A stretch of DNA of 64,000 bases, taken from the NCBI GenBank assembly GCA_024697065.1, contig JAILGE010000007.1:52658-116657 (forward strand), written 5' to 3'. Positions within the stretch are counted from its first letter, which is position 1; each line of letters begins with the position of its first letter. Source of the stretch: Lachnospiraceae bacterium (GTDB lineage: Bacteria; Bacillota; Clostridia; Lachnospirales; Lachnospiraceae). Both the position numbers and the translations under genes were made by a program. Positions 24,465 to 35,070 of the stretch are shown here, piece by piece. The notes under the pieces were generated by a model. The model worked only from the letters and a program-made list of their open reading frames with translations. It searched no databases and had not been told where the DNA came from.

Positions 24465-26570
24465 ATGGAAGAATTTGGTAATTTTGAAATAGAATCAACG
24501 GATGAGATCTTAAAAGAGAGGCTGGAGTTAAGCTGTATCCGTTTAAAGGAAATTGCGGAAGACGGAGAATCTTCAAAATGGTTTTCCTTTTTTTGTGTTC
24601 AGGCGTCTCTGCTTCTGAGGATAAAGGAGATCGCAGACAGGATCGGTGATGACGTATCGAAAGTTCCGGCAGATGAATTAAAGGCTTTCAACAAAGAGCT
24701 TTACGCAGATATACTTCCTGAGAATTACGAAAACAGTTATACCAATCCGGATCATGCCAAAGCGGTATTCGGAGAAAAATGCGGAAGCGCTGTCAGCGTG
24801 ATCGCTGCGGAAATGAGATCCGCCATTGCGTGTGCGTTTGAAAATGATACAGATGGTATCCTGATCCGTATGGAACTATTGCTTGAGCTTTATTCCACAG
24901 TGAGGGATTTCCTGGAAGAGCAGGTTTCCGATGAGGAGCTTGCAGAATATCTGAGAAAGGATATTTACCTGTACGTAAGTGATTATTATGAGACGGAAAG
25001 CGTCAAGCGTATTGCCGATCTGGTGGATCCCGGAAAAGATTTTGCATATAAGATAATCAGTTCGAATATCAGTTCATCCGGAGAAGATACGGATTACCTT
25101 TATCGCTTCGGTGAATATATAACTGAAAATGAGATAAAGACTGCTAAATTCCTGGCTTCTCTTAAAGAGGATGAGATAGAGAGCATGGCTTCCACTTTTA
25201 CGGAAGGTTACAGAAGAGGATTTGTTCTTACGGGAAAAGATCTTTCAAAGAAGACTTCCGTGAATATCAGATATCCTTTGGGATTTGAACGTATTATAAA
25301 AAAGGTCATAGATAATTTTGAAGCCACAGGCCTGAAGTGTGTGATATATCGCGCAAAACAGGGACTGTTCAGGAATTACAGCGTATCGAAGAACGGTTTC
25401 TTCGGAGCGAATCCGAATCCACAGTATGATTTCGATCATCAGGAAGATCAGGCTCTTATACTGGACGGACAGCTGGTGACGAGACATCTTGAATGCTTAA
25501 AGGCTGCATGGGAACAGTATCATGATAAAGCAAAAGGCCATGCGGGCCCGGCAGTTCTTGAGTGTTTTGGTACCAGGCCCTTTGTTCCAAAGCGCAAGCA
25601 GACTGTACTTCACTTAAGTGAGAAACAGCAAAAGATCGCTACGAGATTCAGAACCGAATCCGGAACCATGACAAATCATTATATACCCGGTGAAGAAAGA
25701 AGCTTTACTATCATGGCTCTTCCCGTGCCGGAGATAGGTGATGATTTTGAGGATATATTCAAAGCCGTCATAAAGATCAATACTCTTGATAATGAGAAGT
25801 TCACGAAGATACAGCAGAGCATCATTGATGTTCTTGATACGGCGGAATATATACATGTAAAGGGTATGAAGGACAACCGGACTGATCTTACTGTCCATCT
25901 GATGAAACTGGAAGATCCCGGTCATCAGACCAAGTTTGAAAACTGTGTTGCGGATGTGAACATACCGGTGGGAGAAGTATTTACCACGCCTGTTCTAAAG
26001 GGGACAAACGGAGTGCTCCACGTGACAGGAGTATACTTAAATGAACTTGAGTTTAAGGATCTTGAACTTGATTTCACTGACGGAAGGGTATCAGGATACT
26101 CATGCGGTAATTTTGAGGATGAGTCGGAATGCCGGAAGTATATTGAAGAAAACATCCTCTTCCATCAAAAGGATCTGCCCATGGGAGAAGCTGCCATAGG
26201 TACCAATACGACAGCATATGTGCTTTCAAGAAAATACGGTTTTGAAGCGTTCCTGCCGATACTCATCGCCGAAAAGACAGGGCCTCATTTTGCGGTGGGA
26301 GACAGTTGCTACTCGCATGCCGAGGATATTTCGGTGTATAATCCTGACGGGAAGGAGATCGTATCCAGAGATAATGAGATTTCAATACTCAGGAAGGACG
26401 ATCCTCTTAAAGCATACTTCAACTGCCATACGGATGTGACTATCCCGTATGAGGAACTGGGGCTTCTTGAAGCGGTAGGATATGACGGTACCAAAACAGT
26501 GATAATAAAAGACGGAAGATTTTCTCTTCCGGGAACAGAAGAGCTGAATAAAGCTTTCGAAGAATATTGA
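24465..26570 (+). CDS. Aminopeptidase (thermophilic metalloprotease M29 family)
   Basis: NIPVGEVFTTP, GEAAIGTN, EKTGPHFAVGD and HTDVTIPY. Confidence 0.85.
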   Translation: MEEFGNFEIESTDEILKERLELSCIRLKEIAEDGESSKWFSFFCVQASLLLRIKEIADRIGDDVSKVPADELKAFNKELYADILPENYENSYTNPDHAKAVFGEKCGSAVSVIAAEMRSAIACAFENDTDGILIRMELLLELYSTVRDFLEEQVSDEELAEYLRKDIYLYVSDYYETESVKRIADLVDPGKDFAYKIISSNISSSGEDTDYLYRFGEYITENEIKTAKFLASLKEDEIESMASTFTEGYRRGFVLTGKDLSKKTSVNIRYPLGFERIIKKVIDNFEATGLKCVIYRAKQGLFRNYSVSKNGFFGANPNPQYDFDHQEDQALILDGQLVTRHLECLKAAWEQYHDKAKGHAGPAVLECFGTRPFVPKRKQTVLHLSEKQQKIATRFRTESGTMTNHYIPGEERSFTIMALPVPEIGDDFEDIFKAVIKINTLDNEKFTKIQQSIIDVLDTAEYIHVKGMKDNRTDLTVHLMKLEDPGHQTKFENCVADVNIPVGEVFTTPVLKGTNGVLHVTGVYLNELEFKDLELDFTDGRVSGYSCGNFEDESECRKYIEENILFHQKDLPMGEAAIGTNTTAYVLSRKYGFEAFLPILIAEKTGPHFAVGDSCYSHAEDISVYNPDGKEIVSRDNEISILRKDDPLKAYFNCHTDVTIPYEELGLLEAVGYDGTKTVIIKDGRFSLPGTEELNKAFEEY

Positions 26571-26619
26571 TATCAGCTGCAGAAAAATGCAGTTAACAGG
26601 ATAACAGGAGGACAAAGAA

Positions 26620-27123
26620 ATGCCGCAGGTTAGTATAGTTATGGGTAGTGATTCCGATATGCCAGTAATGAGAAAGGCTGCCGAAGTCTTAAAGGAGCTC
26701 GGTGTGGATTTTGAGATGAGGATCATCTCTGCACATCGTGAGCCGGATGAGTTCTTCGAGTATGCAAAAACTGCAGAGAGCAGAGGGATCAGGGTTGTGA
26801 TAGCAGGTGCCGGAATGGCGGCTCATCTTCCCGGAATGTGTGCGGCCATCTTCCCCCTTCCGGTGATCGGGATACCGATGCATACCACATCTTTGGGAGG
26901 ACGTGATTCACTGTATTCTATCGTACAGATGCCTGCAGGTATACCTGTTGCGACCGTTGCCATCAATGGCGGAAAGAATGCGGGAATACTCGCTGCCAAG
27001 ATCCTTGCAGTATCTGATGAGGCTCTTCTCAGAAGACTTAAGGATCTTACCACTGACATGAAAGCTCAGGTAATGGATAAGGATGCAAAGCTGCAGGAAT
27101 GCGGTTTTGAAAAATATGAGTAA
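26620..27123 (+). CDS. purE: N5-CAIR mutase
   Basis: IVMGSDSD, SAHR, AGMAAHLPG and GIPVATVAING. Confidence 0.97.
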   Translation: MPQVSIVMGSDSDMPVMRKAAEVLKELGVDFEMRIISAHREPDEFFEYAKTAESRGIRVVIAGAGMAAHLPGMCAAIFPLPVIGIPMHTTSLGGRDSLYSIVQMPAGIPVATVAINGGKNAGILAAKILAVSDEALLRRLKDLTTDMKAQVMDKDAKLQECGFEKYE

Positions 27124-27175
27124 GTTTTACACTGAAGCGTAAACACAAAAACCATAAAGTTGGGAGAATCAAAAA

Positions 27176-28204
27176 ATGGATTACAAGAACGCGGGAGTAG
27201 ATATTGAAGCCGGTTACAGATCGGTGGAACTGATGAAGAAGTATGTTGCGGAGACAATGAGACCCGAAGTGATGGGCGGCCTCGGAGGATTCTCCGGCGC
27301 GTTTTCATTAAAAGCGATCAAGGAGATGGATGAGCCTGTTCTTTTATCCGGAACAGACGGTGTAGGTACCAAGCTTAAGCTTGCTTTTATCCTGGATAAG
27401 CATGATACGGTTGGAATAGACTGCGTTGCTATGTGTGTTAATGACGTTGCATGTGCAGGCGGCGAACCTCTTTTCTTCCTGGATTATATCGCATGCGGGA
27501 AGAACTATCCCGAGAAGATCGCAACCATCGTAAAGGGTGTCGCTGAAGGCTGTAAGCAGGCAGGGTGTGCACTTATTGGCGGTGAGACAGCGGAGATGCC
27601 CGGCTTCTATCCTGAAGATGAGTATGATCTTGCAGGTTTTTCAGTCGGTGCTGCAGATAAGAAGAATCTTATTACCGGCGAGAATATAAAGGCAGGAGAT
27701 GTGCTTGTTGGTATCGCCTCCAGTGGTGTTCATTCCAACGGTTTTTCTCTTGTGAGAAAAGTATTCCAGATGAATGAGGATAATCTCATCCGTTATAACC
27801 CTGAGTTAGGTAAGCCCCTTGGAGAGGCACTCATCGAGCCCACAAAGATCTATGTTAAGGCTCTTAAGGCAGTAAGAGAGTCCGGCGTTACCATCAAGGG
27901 CTGCAGCCATATCACAGGCGGCGGATTCTATGAGAACATTCCCAGGATGCTTCCTGACGGAATCTGTGCAAAGGTTAAAAAGGACAGTTACGAAGTTCCT
28001 GCTATCTTCAAGCTTCTTCAGTCTGCAGGAAAGATCGAAGAGCGTATCATGTACAATACCTACAATATGGGTATCGGAATGGTGATAGCTGTTGATCCGG
28101 ATGATGCGGATAAGGCTGTTAAAGCTCTGGAAGCTGCAGGTGAGAATGCTTATATCATCGGTGAAGCAGCAGCATCCGATAAGAAGGAGACAGTATTATG
28201 CTAA
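27176..28204 (+). CDS. purM: Phosphoribosylformylglycinamidine cyclo-ligase
   Basis: [27 protein letters not shown] and HITGGG. Confidence 0.97.
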   Translation: MDYKNAGVDIEAGYRSVELMKKYVAETMRPEVMGGLGGFSGAFSLKAIKEMDEPVLLSGTDGVGTKLKLAFILDKHDTVGIDCVAMCVNDVACAGGEPLFFLDYIACGKNYPEKIATIVKGVAEGCKQAGCALIGGETAEMPGFYPEDEYDLAGFSVGAADKKNLITGENIKAGDVLVGIASSGVHSNGFSLVRKVFQMNEDNLIRYNPELGKPLGEALIEPTKIYVKALKAVRESGVTIKGCSHITGGGFYENIPRMLPDGICAKVKKDSYEVPAIFKLLQSAGKIEERIMYNTYNMGIGMVIAVDPDDADKAVKALEAAGENAYIIGEAAASDKKETVLC

Positions 28205-28800
28205 GGATTGCGGTATGTGTCTCGGGAGGCGGCACCAATCTGCAGGCAATAATAGATGCCATTGCGGACGGGCGTATAGCCGATACCGAGATTGTCCGTG
28301 TTATTTCAAACAAGAAGGATGCATATGCATTGGAGCGTGCGGCCAAGGCGGGGATCGAGGCAGTTGCAGTAGCCAGAACGGATTACCCTGATAAGCAGAG
28401 CTTTCAGGACGCGCTTCTTGGTGCTGTTGATGAGGCTGCTCCGGATCTGGTAGTGCTTGCGGGATTCCTGGTAGTCCTTCCCGAAAAGATGGTTGCTAAA
28501 TACCGTAAGAGGATAATCAATATACATCCTTCCCTCATTCCTTCTTTCTGCGGAGACGGTTTCTACGGACTCAGAGTCCATGAAGCAGCTTTGGCAAGAG
28601 GTGTGAAGGTCACGGGCGCAACCGTACACTTTGTTGATGAGGGGACGGATACCGGCCCGATAATCAAGCAGAAGGCGGTGGAGATATTTGACGGTGATAC
28701 ACCTGAAGTTCTCCAGAAGCGTGTTATGGAACAGGCTGAATGGAAGATACTCCCCGAGACGATCAATGAGATCGCTGCGGGAAAGATCAAGATCGGCTGA
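28198..28800 (+). CDS. purN: Phosphoribosylglycinamide formyltransferase
   Basis: [16 protein letters not shown] and [15 protein letters not shown]. Confidence 0.97.
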   Translation: MLRIAVCVSGGGTNLQAIIDAIADGRIADTEIVRVISNKKDAYALERAAKAGIEAVAVARTDYPDKQSFQDALLGAVDEAAPDLVVLAGFLVVLPEKMVAKYRKRIINIHPSLIPSFCGDGFYGLRVHEAALARGVKVTGATVHFVDEGTDTGPIIKQKAVEIFDGDTPEVLQKRVMEQAEWKILPETINEIAAGKIKIG

Positions 28801-28828
28801 ATATGTATCTTGGCAGGAGGAATTACAG

Positions 28829-30100
28829 ATGAAAGTACTTGTTATCGGAGGCGGTGGAAGAGAACATGCCATTTGCACCGGACTCAGTAAGAGCAGGAAG
28901 ATAACTAAAATGTATTGCGCACCCGGAAATGCAGGTATCGCTGAATTTGCGGAATGTGTTCCCATAGGTGTGATGGAATTTGATAAGCTTGTGGCTTTCG
29001 CCAGGGAAAAAGAAATCGATTATGTTGTTGTCGCTCCCGATGATCCTTTGGCAGGAGGTCTTGTGGATGAATTTGAAAAGGCCGGTATCAGATCATTCGG
29101 CCCCAGAAAAAATGCGGCTATCCTTGAAGGCAGCAAGGCATTTTCAAAAGACCTTATGAAGAAGTACAACATTCCCACTGCGGAATATGAGACCTTCGAT
29201 AACCCTTCCGATGCTTTGGAATATCTTGAAAAGGCTAAGATGCCCATTGTTCTCAAGGCTGACGGACTTGCTCTCGGAAAGGGAGTACTTATCTGTAAAG
29301 ATAAGGAAGAAGCTAAAGCCGGCGTTAAAGAGATCATGGAAGATAAGAAGTTCGGCAGCGCAGGAAACAGAATGGTTGTTGAGCAGTTCATGACCGGAAG
29401 GGAAGTTTCGGTTCTTACATTTGTAGATGGCAAGACTATCCGTGTTATGACAAGTGCGCAGGATCATAAGCGTGCCGGAGACGGAGATACGGGACTTAAT
29501 ACCGGCGGTATGGGTACATTTTCACCAAGTCCCTTCTACACCGAGGAAGTTGATAAGTTCTGCAGGGAAAAGATATATCAGCCTACCGTGGATGCAATGC
29601 GTGCTGAGGGCAGAGAGTTCAGAGGTGTCATATTCTTCGGACTTATGCTGACAGAGGACGGCCCTAAGGTTCTTGAATACAATGCCCGTTTCGGGGATCC
29701 TGAGGCACAGGTAGTGCTTCCCCGTATGAAGAATGATCTTCTTGAGGTAATGGAAGCCTGCACTGACGGAACTCTTGATAAGATTGAACTTCAGTTCGAG
29801 GACAATGCGGCGGTTTGTGTGGTCCTCGCAAGTGAAGGGTATCCCGTTAAATATGAAAAGGGACTTGAGATAACGGGACTTGATAACTTCAAAGATAAGG
29901 ATGATTATTTCTGTTTTCATGCAGGATCTGCTTTCAGGGACGGAAAAGTAGTCACCAACGGAGGTCGTGTCCTGGGGGTTACCGCGAAGGGAGCAACCCT
30001 TAAGGAAGCAAGAGCCAAAGCCTATGAAGCAACCGAATGGGTAAGTTTCGATAATAAATATATGCGCCATGATATAGGCAAGGCCATCGATGAAGCATAA
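28829..30100 (+). CDS. purD: Phosphoribosylamine-glycine ligase
   Basis: MKVLVIGGGGREHA, KADGLALGKGV, NTGGMG and EYNARFGDPE. Start at 28829 after AGGAGG. Confidence 0.97.
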   Translation: MKVLVIGGGGREHAICTGLSKSRKITKMYCAPGNAGIAEFAECVPIGVMEFDKLVAFAREKEIDYVVVAPDDPLAGGLVDEFEKAGIRSFGPRKNAAILEGSKAFSKDLMKKYNIPTAEYETFDNPSDALEYLEKAKMPIVLKADGLALGKGVLICKDKEEAKAGVKEIMEDKKFGSAGNRMVVEQFMTGREVSVLTFVDGKTIRVMTSAQDHKRAGDGDTGLNTGGMGTFSPSPFYTEEVDKFCREKIYQPTVDAMRAEGREFRGVIFFGLMLTEDGPKVLEYNARFGDPEAQVVLPRMKNDLLEVMEACTDGTLDKIELQFEDNAAVCVVLASEGYPVKYEKGLEITGLDNFKDKDDYFCFHAGSAFRDGKVVTNGGRVLGVTAKGATLKEARAKAYEATEWVSFDNKYMRHDIGKAIDEA

Positions 30101-30196
30101 GCATGAAATATGGTTACCATAATTTAATTATGTTTATTTATGAAATTGTGGTATAATGCTTCTCGAATTGTTGTTTTGAAATATGGAGGGAAAACA

Positions 30197-31570
30197 ATGA
30201 AAGTCAGACACGAGAATTTTAGATTTACGGCAAAGCTTGTTGCAGCTGTTGTCATTGCCGTAGCTGTTATGCTTTCAGCAAGGATATTCGGCCACGCTGC
30301 TGAAGATGCTCAGACCGGTGATACCGTAACTGTTGTAGGTGACAGCGTTAATGTAAGATCATCAGCTGATACCACGTCCGATCCCGTTGGTCAGGCAAAG
30401 AGCGGAGACTCCTTCACTGTTGTTGAAGTAACACAGGCAGGAGATCATACATGGTATAAGGTTACGAATTCCAATATATCCGAGGGTTATATCAGAGGAG
30501 ATCTAGTTGAAGTAACTGCAACCGCAGAACCCATAGAGCAGACCGAGCCGGCTGAAGTAACCGAAGAGCCTGCTGAGGAAGCTCCTGCGGAAGAACCCGA
30601 ATCAAGCGATTCCGGCCTTTTGTATGAAGACATCACGGTTGTAGAACCTGAAGAAAGCGAGAAGCTTACAAATATCCCCGCAGGATTTGTCGAGACTCCC
30701 GTTAAAGTTTCGGATGAGCAGTCGGTTACAGGTTATTATAATGCAGACAGCAATTTTATAATCGTATGTGCTACCGACAAGCAGGGCGTTAAGGGCTGGT
30801 ATCTGATGGACCTTGGTCTGATTGCAAAGGATGGTGATGATAGATATGTAACATACAAGGAATCATTATTTAACAGCGGAGCAGGTGCACAGAAGGCTGC
30901 CGCAGGCGGATCTTCCAAGGTGCTTACCATCATTCTCGGTATCGCAGCTGTTGTATTCTTACTTGTAGCGGTAGTATTCGGTATCCGTCTCTTCGGAAAC
31001 GGCGAAGGCGTAGGAAGAAACTATTACGATGATGATGACGACGAAGATGACGATGATGATGATGATGACGACTACGAAGATGACGATGACGAAGATGACG
31101 ATGACGAAGATGAAGATGATGAGCCGGAAGAGAGACCTGTAAGAAAGGCCGCTCCCGATAGGAGCAGAAGCGCAAGACCTGCACAGAGAAGCGCTGCTCC
31201 CGCAGCCAGAAGAAGCTCTTCTGCAGTCCGTCCCGCATCACGTCCTTCGGGATCACATACAACAGTAGCTCCCAAGAATACGGTTCATGCACACAGAGAC
31301 GCTGACAGACAGTCTTTTGCTACAGCCAATGAGCCTTCAAATGTAAGAGAAGTCAGAGAGAGAGCCGTTGACGCTCAGCCTACAAGCGTTGTTTCTACAG
31401 GCGCTTCTTCATCATATGAAGGTGCTCCCGTTACCAGAAACTCGGCTCAGGCAAGAACCGGAAGACCTGTTACCAGAACAGCTGTAAGACGTAATGTTCA
31501 AAGCGGTGCAAGACAGTCTTCACCTGCTTATACAAAAGCAAGAAGACCCATATCCGAAGAAGAGGACTGA
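30197..31570 (+). CDS. SH3b-domain single-pass membrane protein with poly-Asp and Arg-rich tail
   Basis: Signal peptide, SH3b (VNVRSS..WYKV..GYIRGDLV) and a TM (VLTIILGIAAVVFLLVAVVFGI). An acidic run and an R/S/A-rich C-terminus follow. Confidence 0.8.
   Translation: MKVRHENFRFTAKLVAAVVIAVAVMLSARIFGHAAEDAQTGDTVTVVGDSVNVRSSADTTSDPVGQAKSGDSFTVVEVTQAGDHTWYKVTNSNISEGYIRGDLVEVTATAEPIEQTEPAEVTEEPAEEAPAEEPESSDSGLLYEDITVVEPEESEKLTNIPAGFVETPVKVSDEQSVTGYYNADSNFIIVCATDKQGVKGWYLMDLGLIAKDGDDRYVTYKESLFNSGAGAQKAAAGGSSKVLTIILGIAAVVFLLVAVVFGIRLFGNGEGVGRNYYDDDDDEDDDDDDDDDYEDDDDEDDDDEDEDDEPEERPVRKAAPDRSRSARPAQRSAAPAARRSSSAVRPASRPSGSHTTVAPKNTVHAHRDADRQSFATANEPSNVREVRERAVDAQPTSVVSTGASSSYEGAPVTRNSAQARTGRPVTRTAVRRNVQSGARQSSPAYTKARRPISEEED
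31028..31123 (+). repeat. GAY/GAA low-complexity tract encoding about 30 Asp/Glu
   Basis: GATGATGATGACGACGAAGATGAC... read directly from the sequence. Confidence 0.9.
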
Positions 31571-31615
31571 TGATCCTGTAGGGCTTTCGGACATACAGGG
31601 TAAAGATCGGTTTGA

Positions 31616-31663
31616 TTGACACTGGACTCCTTTTGTTATAACATGTTTATAACAAAAGGAGTC
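31616..31663 (+). promoter_or_regulatory. Promoter with a perfect 17-bp inverted repeat (probable GntR operator)
   Basis: TTGACA (31616-31621), 17 bp, TAACAT. GACTCCTTTTGTTATAA-CATGT-TTATAACAAAAGGAGTC spans 31625-31663 and contains the palindrome TGTTATAACA. Confidence 0.7.
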
Positions 31664-31668
31664 TTTTT

Positions 31669-32031
31669 ATGGTCATAGAAATAGATTTCAACAGCAATGA
31701 AGCCTATTATATGCAGATAAGGAATCAGGTCATCAGGCAGATCGCTTACGGAGGATTGGAACCCGGAGAGGGGCTTCCTTCGGTGAGACAGCTTGCCGAG
31801 AGAGTTGGTATAAATATGCATACCGTAAATAAGGCTTATGCTTTGCTGCGGGATGAAGGATACCTGCGGATAGACCGCAGAAGAGGTGCTGTTGTTGATA
31901 TCGCTTTTCGTGAAGGCGATGATATGGATGAGATTTCCGATGATATAAAAATGGCTGTTGCAAAGGCAAGATGTAAGGGTGTGGACAGAACTCTGCTGCA
32001 CAGACTTATTGATGAAGATTTTGACAGCTGA
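31669..32031 (+). CDS. GntR family transcriptional regulator (YtrA-like)
   Basis: YMQIRNQ, LPSVRQLA and NMHTVNKAYALL..EG. Short (120 aa). Confidence 0.92.
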   Translation: MVIEIDFNSNEAYYMQIRNQVIRQIAYGGLEPGEGLPSVRQLAERVGINMHTVNKAYALLRDEGYLRIDRRRGAVVDIAFREGDDMDEISDDIKMAVAKARCKGVDRTLLHRLIDEDFDS

Positions 32032-32061
32032 ATGGTTTAAAGGAAAGACGGAGATATTTTA

Positions 32062-34587
32062 ATGGGAAGTTATACCGAGAAGGCCGGTACCGCATTGGTA
32101 CTTGCCGATAAAGCGGCTGCAGCGATGCATGCCGCGTATATAGGAACGGAGCATATTCTGCTGGGACTTATCCGTGAGGGAAGCGGAAGTGCCGCAATAC
32201 TGCTTAAGAACTATCAGATAACAGAGCAACGTCTTTTGGATCTTATGAAAGATTCGATCCTTCCTTCCGGAGATGTACTTGTGGGAGAGCGGAATAGTAA
32301 CAGGAAGAGAGATTATTCCGTAAAAGCAAGGACAGCGCTTGATGAAGCGGACAGGATCGCCGCCAGATCAGGTGTGGACAGTACAGGTACAGAGCATATC
32401 CTGCTTGGCATCGTATCCCAGCAGGACTGTATTGCTTTGCGCCTTATGCTTGCATGCGGTCTGGATGTCTCCGGGTTTTACAAGGATGCCATGCGTATCA
32501 TGGGGCCTAAGACCGGAGCATATATCAAAGAACTGGTTAAGGAGAAGAACAACAGGAAAACGACTGGCACCGGAAAAACCGGTCAGATGCTTACACAATA
32601 TGGAAGAGATCTTACCGCTCTTGCGGCCGAAGGTAAGCTGGATCCCGTGATAGGGAGAGAGAATGAGACTGCTATAGTACTCAGGATCCTAACCCGCAGG
32701 ATGAAGAACAATCCCTGTCTCGTAGGAGAACCCGGTGTCGGAAAAACTGCCATTGTGGAAGGGATAGCGGCAAAGATCGCGTCAGGAGAAGTTCCTGATA
32801 ATCTTAAAGATAAGAAACTCATATCACTTGATCTGTCCGGAATGGTGGCCGGAAGCCGTTACAGAGGTGAGTTCGAGGAACGTTTGAAACGTCTGATGGA
32901 TGAGGTGACCGCTAACGGAAATGTGATCTTATTTATGGATGAGATCCATACAGTAGTAGGCGCGGGAAGCGCAGAAGGCTCCATTGATGCTTCCAATATA
33001 TTAAAGCCTGCTCTTGCCAGGGGCGAGCTTCATATGATCGGTGCCACCACTGTTACGGAATATCGTAAATATTTTGCAAAGGATGCTGCACTGGAGAGAC
33101 GATTCCAGCCGGTTACTGTTGAGGAGCCGGATCAAGAGGAAACCGTGGCTATCCTTAAAGGACTAAGATCCAAATATGAAGCACATCATGGACTTAAGAT
33201 CACGGATGATGCGCTTGAAGCTGCTGTAAATCTGTCCGCAAGATATATATATGACAGATTTCTGCCGGATAAAGCTATCGATCTTATTGATGAGGCCTGT
33301 GCAGGCAGGAAGCTTTCCATGCTTACTGCGACTCCCGGCATAAGGGATCTGAATACAGAGATCAGATCCAAGGAAGAAGAGATAGAGAATGCCATCTTCG
33401 AGGAAGATTTCGAAAAAGCAGGAGAGCTTAAACGTGAACAGATAGCTCTAAAAAAGAAGCTGGAGAGATTAAAGAATAAGAAAAACAAAACATCGAAAGC
33501 AGATGCTTTTGTAGATGAAAATGCCATAGCAGAGGCAGTGAGCTCCTGGACAAAGATACCTGTAAGCAAGATCGCACAGAAGGAAAGCGAGAGACTGCTT
33601 TCTCTTGAAAAGGAACTTCATAAGAGAGTGGTCGGACAGGATGAAGCTGTCGGAGCGGTATCAAGAGCCATAAGGCGAGGCCGTGTCGGACTTCAGGATC
33701 CCGGAAGACCGATAGGATCGTTTCTGTTCCTTGGACCTACCGGTGTCGGTAAGACCGAATTGTCCAAAGCACTCGCAGAACTGGTATTCGGTACGGAAAA
33801 TGCTCTAATCAGAGTGGATATGTCGGAATTCATGGAGCCTCATTCGGTTTCCAAACTGATCGGATCCCCTCCGGGATATGTAGGTTTCGATGAAGGAGGA
33901 CAGCTTTCGGAACGTGTAAGACAGCATCCGTACTCTGTAGTATTGTTTGATGAGATCGAGAAGGCACACCCGGATGTGTTCAATATGCTTTTGCAGGTAT
34001 TTGATGACGGACATATTACGGACTCCCAGGGCAGAAAGGTTTCATTCAAAAATACGATACTCATAATGACATCCAATGCGGGAGCAAAGAGTATCATAGC
34101 TCCGAAGAATCTTGGATTTACCGCTCATACCTCAAAGGAGTCGGAATATGAGCGTATGAAGAGCGGCGTAATGGATGAGGTTAAGAGGATATTCAAGCCG
34201 GAGTTCATCAACCGTATCGATGAGATGATAGTATTCCATCCTCTGGGAAGAAAAGAGATGCAGGATATTATCGGGATCCTTACATCGGGACTTTGCAAAC
34301 GATGCGAAGCACAGCTGGATATCAGGCTTAAGATCTCACAGGCAGTAAAGAATATGATCATCGATGAGCATACCGATGCCAGGATGGGAGCAAGACCTCT
34401 TAAGCGGGCGATGCAGACCGAGATAGAAGATCTGCTCTCCGAAGAGATATTGACCGGAAGGATAAAGAGCGGTGATGAAGTGACCGCAGCTCTTAAGGAC
34501 GGCAAGGTTGTCTTTGAAAAGAAATCTGATAAGGATAAAGAACAAAAGCGGATAAAGAACAAGCCGGAAAAGAAGACGGCAAAATGA
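32062..34587 (+). CDS. clpC: ATP-dependent Clp protease ATP-binding subunit ClpC
   Basis: Clp_N repeats (GTEHILLG x2) and two AAA modules ([16 protein letters not shown]), plus [14 protein letters not shown] and GARPL. Confidence 0.95.
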   Translation: MGSYTEKAGTALVLADKAAAAMHAAYIGTEHILLGLIREGSGSAAILLKNYQITEQRLLDLMKDSILPSGDVLVGERNSNRKRDYSVKARTALDEADRIAARSGVDSTGTEHILLGIVSQQDCIALRLMLACGLDVSGFYKDAMRIMGPKTGAYIKELVKEKNNRKTTGTGKTGQMLTQYGRDLTALAAEGKLDPVIGRENETAIVLRILTRRMKNNPCLVGEPGVGKTAIVEGIAAKIASGEVPDNLKDKKLISLDLSGMVAGSRYRGEFEERLKRLMDEVTANGNVILFMDEIHTVVGAGSAEGSIDASNILKPALARGELHMIGATTVTEYRKYFAKDAALERRFQPVTVEEPDQEETVAILKGLRSKYEAHHGLKITDDALEAAVNLSARYIYDRFLPDKAIDLIDEACAGRKLSMLTATPGIRDLNTEIRSKEEEIENAIFEEDFEKAGELKREQIALKKKLERLKNKKNKTSKADAFVDENAIAEAVSSWTKIPVSKIAQKESERLLSLEKELHKRVVGQDEAVGAVSRAIRRGRVGLQDPGRPIGSFLFLGPTGVGKTELSKALAELVFGTENALIRVDMSEFMEPHSVSKLIGSPPGYVGFDEGGQLSERVRQHPYSVVLFDEIEKAHPDVFNMLLQVFDDGHITDSQGRKVSFKNTILIMTSNAGAKSIIAPKNLGFTAHTSKESEYERMKSGVMDEVKRIFKPEFINRIDEMIVFHPLGRKEMQDIIGILTSGLCKRCEAQLDIRLKISQAVKNMIIDEHTDARMGARPLKRAMQTEIEDLLSEEILTGRIKSGDEVTAALKDGKVVFEKKSDKDKEQKRIKNKPEKKTAK

Positions 34588-34652
34588 AAACAGTAAGGTA
34601 ATCTGCCGTAAGGCAGGCAGCAAATGCGGGCAGACCGCACAGGAGGAAAGAC

Positions 34653-35066
34653 ATGGCAACAGTTAAAGAACTCATCCGCACTGAGGCAGACGGAAGCTTA
34701 AGCTTCGGAGATTACTCCCTTAGCGAGAAGGCTAAGAAGGACGACTTCAAGCACGCAGGAGATATCATGAAGGTAAAGACCTACAGCGATATCACCCGTC
34801 TTGAAAAGAACGGACTTGTGCTTTTCGAATCTGTTCCCGGAACATCCGTTACAGGTTTTTGTGAAACTGCGGAAGGTGTTTCTTTTAAAGTAGAGGGCCC
34901 TGCCGATGCGCAGATAACTCTCGGACTCTCTGAGGATACCGGCTATAACGTTACTGCGGCAGGTAAACAGATCGGTACGATGAAGACCAATCTTGGCGGC
35001 AAGCTTGCACTCAGCCTTGAACTTGCCGGAGCAGGAGAAGTTGAAGTAAAGGTGGAAAAGGCCTGA
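34653..35066 (+). CDS. Conserved hypothetical protein
   Basis: 137 aa, strong RBS AGGAGG and host-like codon usage. Lies between clpC and radA. Confidence 0.8.
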   Translation: MATVKELIRTEADGSLSFGDYSLSEKAKKDDFKHAGDIMKVKTYSDITRLEKNGLVLFESVPGTSVTGFCETAEGVSFKVEGPADAQITLGLSEDTGYNVTAAGKQIGTMKTNLGGKLALSLELAGAGEVEVKVEKA

Positions 35067-35070
35067 ATTA

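Noticed and set aside
34600-34640. Two small hairpins before the 137-aa gene
   Set aside because: Short stems (5 and 4 bp) with no U tract or known motif. Insufficient evidence for a regulatory element.
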